DNA from: Cirrosporium novae-zelandiae
Taxonomy: Eukaryota
DNA: 64,000 nucleotides
Direction of reading: 5' to 3'
NCBI GenBank assembly: GCA_026023565.1
Contig: JAPETS010000024.1
Coordinates: 310,001 to 374,000 of the forward strand
The translations under genes were made by a program, and so were the position numbers. The notes under the pieces were generated by a model. The model ran no database searches, was not told the origin of the DNA, and saw nothing but the letters and a program-made list of their open reading frames with translations. Of the stretch, positions 35,139-48,787 are shown piece by piece; positions within the stretch are counted from its first letter, which is position 1, and the number at the start of each line of letters is the position of its first letter.

Positions 35139-35646
35139 GACAAGGTAGATGAATTGAAACGAAACACATCTGACAAAACAAAAGAATTGAACGCATACAG
35201 ATATGAAGTTCAAGATTGAATGAGAAAAAAGACGAAACAGGACAATGTTGATTTGACCATCTTGCAGTAAGATTTACTGATAGATGGCCAATGCTATTGT
35301 TAAGACTGTGCTCTGGTACAAGCATAGTGGGGATGTTCATATTGTGGGTATACTCGAGCAGGCGTACATGAAGCTACAACGAAGTATGATTGGAGGGTGA
35401 GTTGGGCTCAAGAGAAGAGAAGGGCGCGAAGGGATTCATCTATTTCAAATAGTGCATATGGTATTGGATAGTCACGATAAACTCTTCACGAATGAGAAGG
35501 TCTAAAGGAGCCCGTGCTAGAGGAAATATGAGAAAATGTCCAGGGCAGATCCAAGGATATCCGTTATGGGTGTGACAGGCGGGATTGATCTGGGCGTTGG
35601 CTAAGATCAATCAAGCTTCAGGTGCCAATAACCAGCTTTCTTAGCC

Positions 35647-35652
35647 CACGTG
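35647..35652. promoter_or_regulatory. CACGTG box (Pho4/NUC-1/PalcA-type) about 450 bp upstream of acid phosphatase
   Basis: Single exact hexamer. The context fits phosphate regulation, but a 6-mer is weak evidence. Confidence 0.35.
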
Positions 35653-36098
35653 CACCCCCAAGTTACAACCATCTGTAAACAACAATATCATTTCCAACCA
35701 CATTTGATTGAACCGTCTATTTAGTACCCTAACCACCTTGACCCTAGTCGGTCTTGATCTTGATCTTGGTTCCAAGAACGCATCACCAAAATGAGTATTA
35801 CTTAGTTGGATTTATCCCTCGTTCTTCTTGCTATATTGTACAGTACAGTACATTCCTTTCGTCCCACAACAGATGCACCTTGACAGGATTCTCCGTCTAT
35901 TATGCCATCTCCGGTCATTTTCTTCTTCCCCACTCAGCCTTCTATACGATCGGACTTTAAACCTCTCTAGGAAGGCAAGCCCAATTCGATTGTTCCTTCG
36001 AGATGACAAAGTAGATATATAAGGGCTGATATGTCAATCCTATAAATTTATTTACTCCCTGTTTTCCTGTCAGAAGATAAAATCAAATATTTCCAAGC

Positions 36099-37616
36099 AT
36101 GTTGTCGACTCTTCTTCTTTTGGCCGGAGCCAATCTTGCTTTAGGAGCCACCTATTCATCTAGGCCTCCCGAGTCCACCGTCGAGCCAGCAACTACCGCA
36201 ATTGATGCAACTGCTGCTACGGCCACTCCTCTATCTCCTGTTTCCAATGTTAAGGGGCTCGCTTTTGACCGATTTATTCAAATATGGCTTGAAAACATTG
36301 TAAGCTAACAAAAACACAACTTCTACAGAATAGGAAATAAAAGGTCTAATAACCGATGCAGGACTACAGCTCGGCGTCGGGAAATGTCAACCAAAAGTAC
36401 TTTGCTTCTCAGGGCATCACCTTGAGCAACTTCTTTGCCACTACTCATCCCTCGGAGCCCAACTACTGTGCTGCAGCTGGAGGTGATAACTTTGGCATGG
36501 ATAATGATGATTTCAACACCGTTCCTGCTAATATCTCTACTGTCGCCGATCTCCTGGATACAAAAGGTATCTCGTGGGGCGAATATCAAGAGCATATGCC
36601 ATACCCCGGATTCGAGGTATGGAAGTATTATCATCTATAACATGACTGGTTGACGTTGACCTTCATTTTTTAGGGTTTCAACTACTCGAACCAAGTCAAT
36701 TTCGCCAACGACTATGTTCGAAAACATAACCCTCTGATCTTCTATGATTCAGTTACCCAGAACAAGACTCGTCTTTCAATGATCAAGAACTTTACGAACT
36801 TCTGGGATGATTTAGAAAACAAGAAACTTCCCCAATGGAGCTTTATGACCCCCAAGTTTGACATGAATCCCCTATTTGCATTGCAAAACACTAATGAGTC
36901 CTAGCATGACAAACGATGGCCACGACACCACGATCACCTACGCTAGCAAATGGGAGCGTGCCTTTCTCGACAGGCTTCTTAACAACACCTATTTCATGAA
37001 CAACACGCTCCTTCTCCTTACCTTTGATGAAGATGAAACCTATTCTAGGCACAACCGAATCTTCAGTGTGCTTCTTGGAGGCGCGGTCCCTGACCACCTC
37101 AAAGGCACCACAGATGACACCTTTTACAATCACTACTCATCCCTCTCCACCGTAGAAGCAAATTGGGGTCTCCCCTCTTTGGGCCGATGGGACTGCAATG
37201 CCAACATCTTCAAACTTGTTTCCAACAAGACGGGCTACGTCAACTATGACGTCGACACGACGCACCTTTATTTCAACGAGAGCTACCCAGGACCTCTCTC
37301 GGACGATCTATATGACCCCGAGTGGCCAGTCCCCCTCACGTCAGCCAAGTGCGCCGCTGGAAACGGAATTTTGCAGGTTGTCAAGGACACCTACTCTGGC
37401 ATGTCGGCAACAATGAACTACACGAACCCGTATCCCTATGATGCCGCTAGTGGTAACAATGTTGGTGGATCGGCCACACGAGAAAATGCTACTGCTACGG
37501 CCTCTTCCACCTCGGCAGCGGGGTCAGCTTCCTCATCGTCAGGTGCGGGTTCTTCGAACACTTTCCCGAAATCCCTGGCCATTGTGCTGGGAGCTGTTGG
37601 TGTTTTCCTAACTTAA
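36099..37616 (+). CDS. phoA: Phosphate-repressible acid phosphatase (phosphoesterase family), probably GPI-anchored
   Basis: Signal peptide, FDRFIQIWLEN, THPSEPNY, YVRKHNP, MTNDGHDT, LLTFDEDE and YNHYSSLSTVEANWGLPSLGRWD. Ends in a Ser/Ala-rich stretch and a hydrophobic tail. Three introns. Confidence 0.92.
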
Positions 37617-38420
37617 GAGCATACTTTCTAACTACGAACAGGAATATAAATCTGTATATAAAATGAAAAGATCTTATTGGTCCCGCCATGCATATCTTTT
37701 GCTTATGAAAATGCCTGACGGGATTGGTCGGTAGCTCGCTCATTGAGTGGAGAAAAAGCCTAATTGGCCCAGGGACAATTTATAGATTAGGATTACGAGC
37801 CTTATCTCTTCTTCCGTAGACCCGGAGCTTGTCTTTTATCATCTCCAATATTATAAAGTTAGTGAGATGAGATAATTAATCGATGTAAGTCTGTACACAA
37901 TCAGAATATCACACAATCTATCTCTTTCAAGCCGAAAGAGTAATGATGGATATTCATGAGTAACGAACTAAAATAATTCGCGACTAAATCTGCCGATCCC
38001 AAGTAGAACCTCGGGCCGCTTTAACCCGGCAAAGTGATACCACCATCCGACCGGCAATTGCAGCTTGTCAACTTGGACATTACAGATATAAGAAACCATT
38101 TCTTTAATCATATCATTACATTATACTTTGAATATCTACGCCACTCTACTTAATCCTTGTCATACTTATTTATTGTCTTTGCTGGATTTTCTGTTATTTT
38201 CGTGGTTGATAGACATCTCGTCATCCTGATCCGTCTGATCTAATTATTTACCCCAGCCTCCCCCAAGAAGCCCGCTGGACTCAGATCTCCGCATCCCCGA
38301 AATCTTTCGTCGTGTCATTCTGCTGGGCCTATAGAGAATATCTTCCGTTGTTTTTAATCTCAAGAACCTGATTGGAAGCAAAGGTTCTCTGTGATCTTAT
38401 AACTAACAAGACCATCCATC

Positions 38421-40180
38421 ATGAGTCGCAATTCGGGGTCCCAGGAGAAGCTAACTGGGGAAGCAATCGCGAAACACAATTCGCGAGATTCATGCTGGGT
38501 GATTATACATGGAAAGGCGTACGATGTTACCGAGTTTCTGCCAGGTAATTATACTTCTAGTTCAATATCCTGTTCGTTTATGCATAATCATCCCTGGTCA
38601 GAATTGACATATCTAACTTCGTACAACTATTAGAGCACCCCGGCGGTCCCAAGATCATCCTCAAGTATGCCGGCAAAGATGCAACCGAAGAGTTCGATCC
38701 TATCCACCCGCCTGACACACTGGACAAGTACCTGGACAAGTCTAAGCATCTTGGAGAGGTAGACATGAACACGGTAGAGCATGAAGAAAAAGAAGAGAGC
38801 CCAGAGGAAATAGAGCGACAGGAGAGGATAAAGCGCATGCCGATCCTAGAGCAATGTTTTAACTTGATGGACTTTGAATCCGTGGCGAGGAATGTCCTGA
38901 AGAAATCAGCCTGGGCGTACTACTCGAGTGGTGCGGATGATGAGATTGTGAGTCCGACGTCCTACCCACCCACCCCATTCTCCATCCAGACCCCTAAAAG
39001 AAAAAGAAACGCAAAAAAGAAAAAAAGAAAAAGAAAAACCAAAACCCAAAATCCCCATGGCTTGCATCCCCCAAGCTAATCCGGACGCCCTCGGGCACCC
39101 ACGCAGACCATGCGTGAAAATCACAACGCCTACCACAAAATCTGGTTCCGTCCGCGGATCCTAGAAGACGTGGAGAAAATCGACCTCTCGACCACCATGT
39201 TGGGCACGCGGGTGTCGATCCCCTTTTACGTGACAGCCACGGCGCTCGGCAAGCTCGGCAACCCCGAAGGCGAAGTAGTGCTTACGCGCGGTGCGGCAAG
39301 GCACAATGTGATCCAGATGATCCCGACACTAGCCTCATGCTCATTTGACGAAATCGTAGATGCCGCCGACGGCAAGCAGGTCCAATGGCTGCAGCTGTAC
39401 GTCAACAAGGACCGCGAAATCACCAAGCGCATCGTGCAGCACGCAGAGAAGCGTGGGTGCAAGGGCCTGTTTATCACCGTGGACGCCCCCCAGCTGGGCC
39501 GGCGCGAGAAGGATATGCGGTCCAAATTCAGCGACGCGGGATCTTCCGTGCAAGCCGAATCCTCCTCATCCGTCGACCGCAGCCAAGGTGCGGCCCGAGC
39601 CATCTCCTCCTTCATTGACCCCTCCCTCTCCTGGAGAGACATCCCCTGGTTCCAATCCATCACATCAATGCCAATAATCCTCAAAGGCGTGCAGCGCGTC
39701 GAGGACGTCCTCCGCGCTATCGACGCCGGCGTCCAAGGCGTCGTGCTCTCCAACCACGGCGGCCGCCAACTCGACTTCGCCCCGAGCGCCGTCGAGGTCC
39801 TCGCAGAAGTGATGCCCGTCCTACGCGCGCGCGGTCTCGAATCAAAACTCGAAGTCTACGTCGACGGCGGCATCCGCCGCGCAACCGACATCATCAAAGC
39901 CCTCTGCCTCGGCGCCACGGGCGTGGGAATCGGCCGCCCCTTCCTCTATGCCATGAGCGCGTATGGCCTACTCGGTGTGGATCGCGCCATGCAGCTGCTG
40001 AAGGACGAGATGGAGATGAATATGCGCTTGATTGGGTGTTCGAGTGTTGGGGAGTTGAATCCGAGTTTGGTGGATTGCCGCGGGTTGGTGGGGGGGCATG
40101 TGGCTCCCGTGCCGAGGGATACGTTGGGAGGGACGGTTTATGATCCGTTGATTACGCCGCTGGAGAAGGCGAAACTGTGA
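38421..40180 (+). CDS. cyb2: Flavocytochrome b2 / L-lactate dehydrogenase-like, ending in PTS1 AKL
   Basis: Cytochrome b5 domain ([28 protein letters not shown]) and FMN domain ([39 protein letters not shown]). Two introns. Confidence 0.95.
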
Positions 40181-40557
40181 GGGGATGAGGAGGTGAAGTA
40201 AAGGGGGGTTTGGACTGTCTGTCTGTCTGGAGTGTATAGTATAGTCTAGTATAGTAAAGTTATAGGGAATAGTATCTATAAAGGAAAGGAAAAGGGATAC
40301 TTTTGGGAAGAGGTCGGGGGGGGGGGGGGGAGGGGGAAACTATAAAGATACAAGAATGATCAATATCACTTCGATCATCTACCTGCAACACATACACACA
40401 GATTGGAACCAACCAACCAAATACCCCCCCCCATTTCCCCCTTCCCAGACTACCTACCTTCCTCTCCTTTTTTTTTTTTTAATTCCCGCGAGATCCACCG
40501 ACCGACCGATCGATCGAACGATATTTATGTGTGTATGTATATATGTATCTTTCTCGT

Positions 40558-40583
40558 TAATTACCTAGGTACCTAGGTAATTA
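40558..40583. repeat. Perfect 26-bp palindrome TAATTACCTAGGTACCTAGGTAATTA
   Basis: Self-complementary by direct reading. Confidence 0.9.
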
Positions 40584-41016
40584 GTCCATCCCACCCACAC
40601 CACCCACACCACCCATCGAAGTTCTAGGTACGGGTTTTGAGGGGAGGGAGGGGGATATCTATATAGATGTATAGATATATGTCTTGTATATGTTGTATGC
40701 ACACACCCATTTTACCCTCGCAATAACACTCCAACAAAAAAAATACAATAATATCTAATTGCATTCAATAATGTATCTTATTTTGAAACTCTACAAGTGT
40801 ACAGTATACAAGTACAGGCACAAGTCCCTTGTCTCTTTTCCATCCTCCCCCCCTTTTTTTTACACTTTTAGCCCCATACGCCTTACATACATGCCATGTA
40901 AAAACTCTACTTTGTAGTTTTCTTTTCTTCTAAATTTTTTTTAAATGACTAGGGTTGAGAAACCTAAGTAATGAGACCCCGATGGTACTGTAGAACCCTC
41001 CCAAAAACCCGAAGGC

Positions 41017-41988
41017 TTAGATATCAATAACCTGTGGTTTATTGCCCACTTTCCCTGAGCTCCTGTACGCGTTGGATGCGTTGATGAACACAGATCCGTG
41101 GGAGTCGCCTCGCCACACCCTATTCCACAGTATGCCTCCTATGCCGTAGTATATTACTCTTGCGAGGCCGAACCACTGGGTTGGGCTGAAGAGTTCCCGT
41201 AGTCCTCCGTGCGGTGCTGAGCAGACATTCTCGTATTGCCATTGGAAGTCGTCCCAGAATGCATTTTCTCGTCCATAGGCGGCGTGAACGTGGCCGAAGA
41301 CGTGGAGGATGGGTTGGACTTTCCAGACTTCGCTGAGGAGGAACTTGCAGCCGAGGGAGACGGGAAGGTCGAGGTGGAAGCGGGGTGGGGCGTGCGTTAT
41401 GAGGATGTCGGTGTCTGGGGGGATGGTGTCTGTCCATGCATCTTCGTATCTTCGGTACTGGAAGGCAAAGGAGGAGCCGCCGCATAGAGGAATTTGGGGG
41501 GCGCCGTAGATGTTGAAGGTGCGGTTATTGTGGGAAGGGAAGGTGAGGGTTATGGAGTTGTGCTGTAGGTAGTGGATGTTGCCCCAATCGAGCGTTTTGC
41601 CATTGTCTTCGGGCGAACGAGATCGTGGGTCGAAGTAGCTGTCATGGTTGCCACAGATGACAAGTTTTTGAGTATGTGGGAGAGTTTTCAGCCAGTCTAT
41701 ATGTGCTTGGAGCTCGTATGTGTTCCCAGCATTTGTGAGGTCGCCCGAGTGGATGAGAATGTCACCTGGAGGGACTGACTGGAGGGTTTCGCAGTGGGTG
41801 TCAGAAATGCAGACGACACGGAGACGCGAGTTGTCTCGGGGAGGATGGTATGACGGGCCACGAAGCAGAAGGATGAGGGCGTAGACATGGCGAACGAGGA
41901 ATTTGAGGGGCGAGGTAAGGAAATGCTCGAGAGGGGTTTGGTGGTCGAATACACTGCGGTTAGATGTTGGCCAGAGGAAACGAGACAT
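41017..41988 (-). CDS. Calcineurin-like metallophosphoesterase (MPPED/239FB-like)
   Basis: CISDTH, HSGDLT, ICGNHD, LITHAPP and HVFGHVH. Intronless. Confidence 0.92.
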   Translation of the reverse strand: MSRFLWPTSNRSVFDHQTPLEHFLTSPLKFLVRHVYALILLLRGPSYHPPRDNSRLRVVCISDTHCETLQSVPPGDILIHSGDLTNAGNTYELQAHIDWLKTLPHTQKLVICGNHDSYFDPRSRSPEDNGKTLDWGNIHYLQHNSITLTFPSHNNRTFNIYGAPQIPLCGGSSFAFQYRRYEDAWTDTIPPDTDILITHAPPRFHLDLPVSLGCKFLLSEVWKVQPILHVFGHVHAAYGRENAFWDDFQWQYENVCSAPHGGLRELFSPTQWFGLARVIYYGIGGILWNRVWRGDSHGSVFINASNAYRSSGKVGNKPQVIDI

Positions 41989-44042
41989 CACTTGCTTGGT
42001 TTCCTTGGGAAGTTGAGGATGAAATATGTTAACGACAATGGTGATGATGATGGTAGTGGTGGTACTGCAGGATGCTTATCTTATCCGATTTTTCTAAGGC
42101 AAAATCTGGGGAAAGGCTGTTTCAATCATGAAGGATTCAAGGCATTGATGCGCTGTAAGGTAAGTACCAAGCAAGTATTGAATAGTTAGAGGACCCGCAA
42201 CAACTTTTTCTATTGTCGATGATGGCTACTGCAGTATTAATTCTCAGGTAATAAACATCTTCTTCCCATCTGACGTTATATCGGAATCCAGGGTTTCCAA
42301 GCACCTCTCCTCTGAATTCATCTGTATCAAAGAGGGAGGTGTTGGTATTGAATCATCAAGACGGTGGTTATTCTCGTTATGTTGTTATGGATCGATTGGG
42401 CGTGCAGGCCCATAAAAGTCCAACAAGAGTGTAACGTGTCTGTCATACAAGGTAATCGGAAGGTTCCAACAAGAAATTGAAACGAGTCAAACGATCCAGT
42501 TGTGGCACTTGCGGGAATTCCAAATCAAGCTTTTAAGTATGACGTTGATGAGAGAGATTAGTTGGAAAATGGTGTTGACTAAAATTGAAGTTATAAATTA
42601 TAATCAGTCAGACAGTCAGTCAGTCAGTCACTCCAAGTGCACAGTGCATTGTTTACTTTCTATAATTACAGACATTCAAACTTGTTGAGGACAATGATAC
42701 ATCTTGTGGATGTCTCCTATTTTTTTTTTTGATATCTACTATCTACTGCAGGCTATCCCTTAATCCATGCATCGAAGTTTAATAACAACAATAATAACAA
42801 TAATAATAATCATACATTCATACATTTATTCAAATGGATACACCGGTCAAGTGGGCAAAAGTCAGTGGTTAGAAAGTGATCAATAAGTGACCAGTGATAA
42901 GTGACTCCCAGACCAACCACGACACCCAACACCCAGCAAAAAGTAGGCCTATAGCCCCAGTCCAGTGTGTCCAGTGTGTCCAGTGTGTCCAGTTAATAAT
43001 CCCAGTAGCCAGTAGCCCAATAGCCCAATAGCCCAAAAGTAGCCTCAAGCCTCCCTTGTACCAAATGGTCTAGCCAGCCTTAACAACGCCAATCCTCAAA
43101 AAGTCACCCCCAAATCCGCTCATATCACCCCTCCATCTATGCCCGACACCCTATTGTTCACTCACACTCCCCATCTCCCCAATCCCAATCCGAATCCCCC
43201 CAATCCTTCCCAATCCATTCCTTTCTCATCTACAAGTTTCAAGTTCATATCTTACTGAACTTCCAAATCCAAATCCAAAAAAAAACCTCGACTACCAAAT
43301 ACTTGCCTTCATTACTCCTCCTGGAGGCAATATTATCTCCAACCTCAAGTTTTATACTCTCTTTGGTATCATGAAAGACCAATCTCATGGACTTCAAGGT
43401 CCATTTTTCTGTGACAGCATCTGATGTCTCTAGCCGCAGACTTTCTTGAAATCCAACAACCAAGATTTTCATGTCGCATCATTGAAAAAAAAAAAAAAAA
43501 AACCACCTCCCACCCACCGAATATTGGCTATCTGATGCTATGATTTAAAAGACTCTCCTCCATCGCAATCCACCTTATAATTATCCTTACCCGCATCTCT
43601 CGGTTACGTTCCTCACAAGTTACGACCTTAAATAACCATCCCTCCCCCCCAAAAAACTCATCAATTCCTTAACGTCGGTGAAAGAGAACCACCTCTATCC
43701 GACCAGCAAGAGCTCGACAAGTCGCTACACCAATCAAATCCTGCCTCCCACGTTTCAACCTGCCATCCGCGGCCAAATTCTGCATTACTGTCGCCACTCT
43801 TCAGAATACTCTCCGAATATTTCTCTTGATTCTCTTTCCCTATCGCATCATATCTTTTAAAGGTCTGAAATATCAATTTGTCATGTCCCAAACTAGTGGG
43901 GTTTCTTGATTTGCTGACAGTAGAGATAGCAGTCATAGATCCTGGCTGAGCAAACCGAGCGGCACAATCCTCTTGGCAAAGCAGGGTTACGGATACTTCT
44001 CGAGGGGGAAGACGCTGGAACAGACTCGCGGCTAGAATCAAG

Positions 44043-46071
<2,029 letters not shown>

Positions 46072-47536
46072 CCATAATCGCAATGCATCCTCATATGTCT
46101 CCCTCCCATTTGTCAAGCGGCGTATTTTGTCTCGAAGGATTTGAATTGATCGTTGGACTTGGGCCTTGATTGCTAAGGCTGGAATTATTGGTGCCGGCTG
46201 TACAGGATGGCGAGGACTGGTTGGTCGTGTTCTTATTATGATGAAATCTTTCTTCCCCTTTTGAAATCGTTCTCCTTCTCCCGGCTTCTGGCCATTGCTA
46301 CGACTTGATTTCGTTTTCGAAAGAGCCACGCCGACATACATCCCTATCCTTGTACATGCCTCGTGCACAGGGCCGGAATATTGTTTTGATGTGATATGCT
46401 CAGATGTTCTGTGAAACAGAGGATGAAGTTATGATGGATCGAGAGATGTATTACATGCGCATGAAGCTCTTATAAGCATACGGTTTTGGTTTTCTTAGTT
46501 TCCACGCCTGCTTTCCACAAGCCCAGAAGGATAACCAGGGTAATTGGTGAATCTTCTCAACCACCGTTGAGACGTATAAGCATGAAGAAAAGATGGATAA
46601 ACTGCATTGTGTTATTGAATTCTATTGGGCTTAATTTTCTACTCCTATTGCGTGATAAGTGTTTCATAAAGCTCCGGAAGACTTTGGAGGCTACATGGAT
46701 TCAAGCATGGGGAGTAAATATGGTAGATATTTAACTATGAAGGGTTGGCTTTGTTATTTCAGCTTCTTACGTTCTCATCCGAGGGTTTCAGGATCATAAG
46801 GTGCAGAGATTCAAGCAGTTTCGCTTTCTCGACTATATTAACAAAATAGGATATGTGACTTTCATTTCTTTCCAAGAAGCCGTTGATCCTTAGTGCTAAT
46901 ATGTTCATGCATTAACTGGTGCTAATATTCTCCCTTCCTACCTAAATAGAGGTAGTTGACTCGACATTTAAGAAAGATGAGTACGGACTAATGTCTCTTA
47001 AATCTAACCCTCCGTTCTGATTCTCTGCTTTCCTTGATACATCTTCAATCTTCTACTCATCAGAATGGCACCTAGCTTTCTGGACAAGCGATGTGGCTTA
47101 TTCCTCCTTTGTCTAGCCTCTTTTCACACTTTGATATTACCCACAAAAAGATGTCGAGATTCTAGGGTTGACTAAAAGCGTGGGTACCTTTCTATCATCG
47201 GCCCTCAATCTAGCAAGAATGCTATATCCGCCATCAAAGGTATTGTTTTCTTTTCTATTTTCTTGGATACGGTATCCTTACAATGAAAGAGGGGTGATAT
47301 CGGAAAGTAAAAGTCGGAATGCAGGTGCCAGACAGATAAAATGTGGTAGGTGATATGGATCCCGATAAACAGAGTCCCAGCTGATGCAAAGACAGCCGAA
47401 CAGATCCCTAAGTTATCCTATAGGTGAATCTGATTATTCTCTCTGATCACGGCTTATTTTCTTACCTTCATTATCCTTAGCTCACCTTGTGAAAAGCTTG
47501 TGCATTGTAAGGGCTAGCTAACGAGACCGCCTCATA

Positions 47537-47779
47537 CTTTCGATGAGTAGAAATGAAAACGACCAGACCCAAAAAATGAACCCAGAAAAGTGACCCTAGG
47601 GAGGTCTTCAAACAAAATTAATTTTTTATATATTCGCAATTCATTTTTGTCCCTCAAGGTTTGGGGCAGACCTTCAAATCAATCATTATTGAAAACTAAT
47701 GTTCTTTGAAGACTTCCCCAGGATCACTTTTCCAGTTCGATATTTCGGTCTGGTCGAATTCATTTCTACCCATCGAGAG
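47537..47779. mobile_element. MITE, family A copy 2
   Basis: TA|CTTTCGATGAGTAGAAATGAAAACGACCAGACCC...GGTCTGGTCGAATTCATTTCTACCCATCGAGAG|TA. The arms align with the element at 16406. Confidence 0.85.
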
Positions 47780-48362
47780 TATAAGGGACAACATCCATAT
47801 CCACCATGTCGCTTCAGCAGCAGAATATGCAGTTGCTAAGTTATCCCCCGATCCCCGATCACTAGCTTCTTACCACAATCAAATCTAAATATCCCTCTTC
47901 TATCAATTCTATCAATGTGCCCTCAGAGAAAGCTCACTCGCCGCCAGTCCAGGGGATGAATGGCAGCACCAACAGAGGAACACTGATACCAGTGACCAAT
48001 CACTAGCACTCTTGGAATCGAACCTAACTTGGTATTTATGGCGTCCGATACCAACATGCTGCCCTAGTGCAACATCGCCCAGGTAATCAACAGGGTCGTA
48101 TAAACATAATAAAAAAGACAGTGTGCATTTTCTCACTTTTTATCAGCCATAGTAGGTAGGATGGATAACATTCTCATTTCCCCTCTCGAACACACCCAAA
48201 GGGAGACTAGCCGAAAATATACGAGAGCATTACCCCAATACGTCCGTTAACCCTGACTCATAGTTAATCTACTGCTCGATCACCCTCCTAATCTTTACAT
48301 CCCGCAAATACTAGGTTCCACAAAGCGTGATACTAACTAATTAGTTAGCAAACCGATGCGCC

Positions 48363-48395
48363 ATCTGATAAGATCAACTTCTTATTTTATCTGAT
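48363..48395. promoter_or_regulatory. Two inverted ATCWGATAA boxes (SreA/Fep1-type iron-repressor consensus)
   Basis: ATCTGATAA at 48363-48371 and TTATCTGAT (ATCAGATAA on minus) at 48387-48395, plus a further TTATCA near 48403. They lie about 400 bp upstream of the AMID-like gene. Confidence 0.6.
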
Positions 48396-48787
48396 CGCCC
48401 GATTATCAGTAGAGCCCCGGGTTTGGACTTCGGGATTTTTGGCCTCGGCCGAGGGTTACTCACCACCTGAGTGGTGGGCGATTATACGAATAGATTTTCG
48501 TTGTCAGATCTTCCCCTTGATTATAGTGTTAAATAAGGCTTTAAGGATGGATGATTCGCACGATGGAGAATTTTCTCTCCTAGATGCTGCTACTGCTGCT
48601 GCCTTGTTAGGTCGAGGCGTATAAGACGCGAATGACCTGTCATTCGCCCATGACCAAAACCACCCCATATTTGTTTATATAACAAGTTTAACTCACCTAG
48701 TAGAGCATCTAAAGCGCCTGTTTTTTCCTCTTCATTCCAAACCTTCACCCTCTAGTTTTTTTTTGCTTTTATATTTTTTAACAAAAG

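Noticed and set aside
39226..39753. Long antisense ORFs inside cyb2 and other genes
   Set aside because: Expected shadows of biased codon usage on the coding strand.
46740..47300. Possible decayed coding relic beside MITE copy 2
   Set aside because: A minus frame looks loosely protein-like but has several stops and no recognisable motif.
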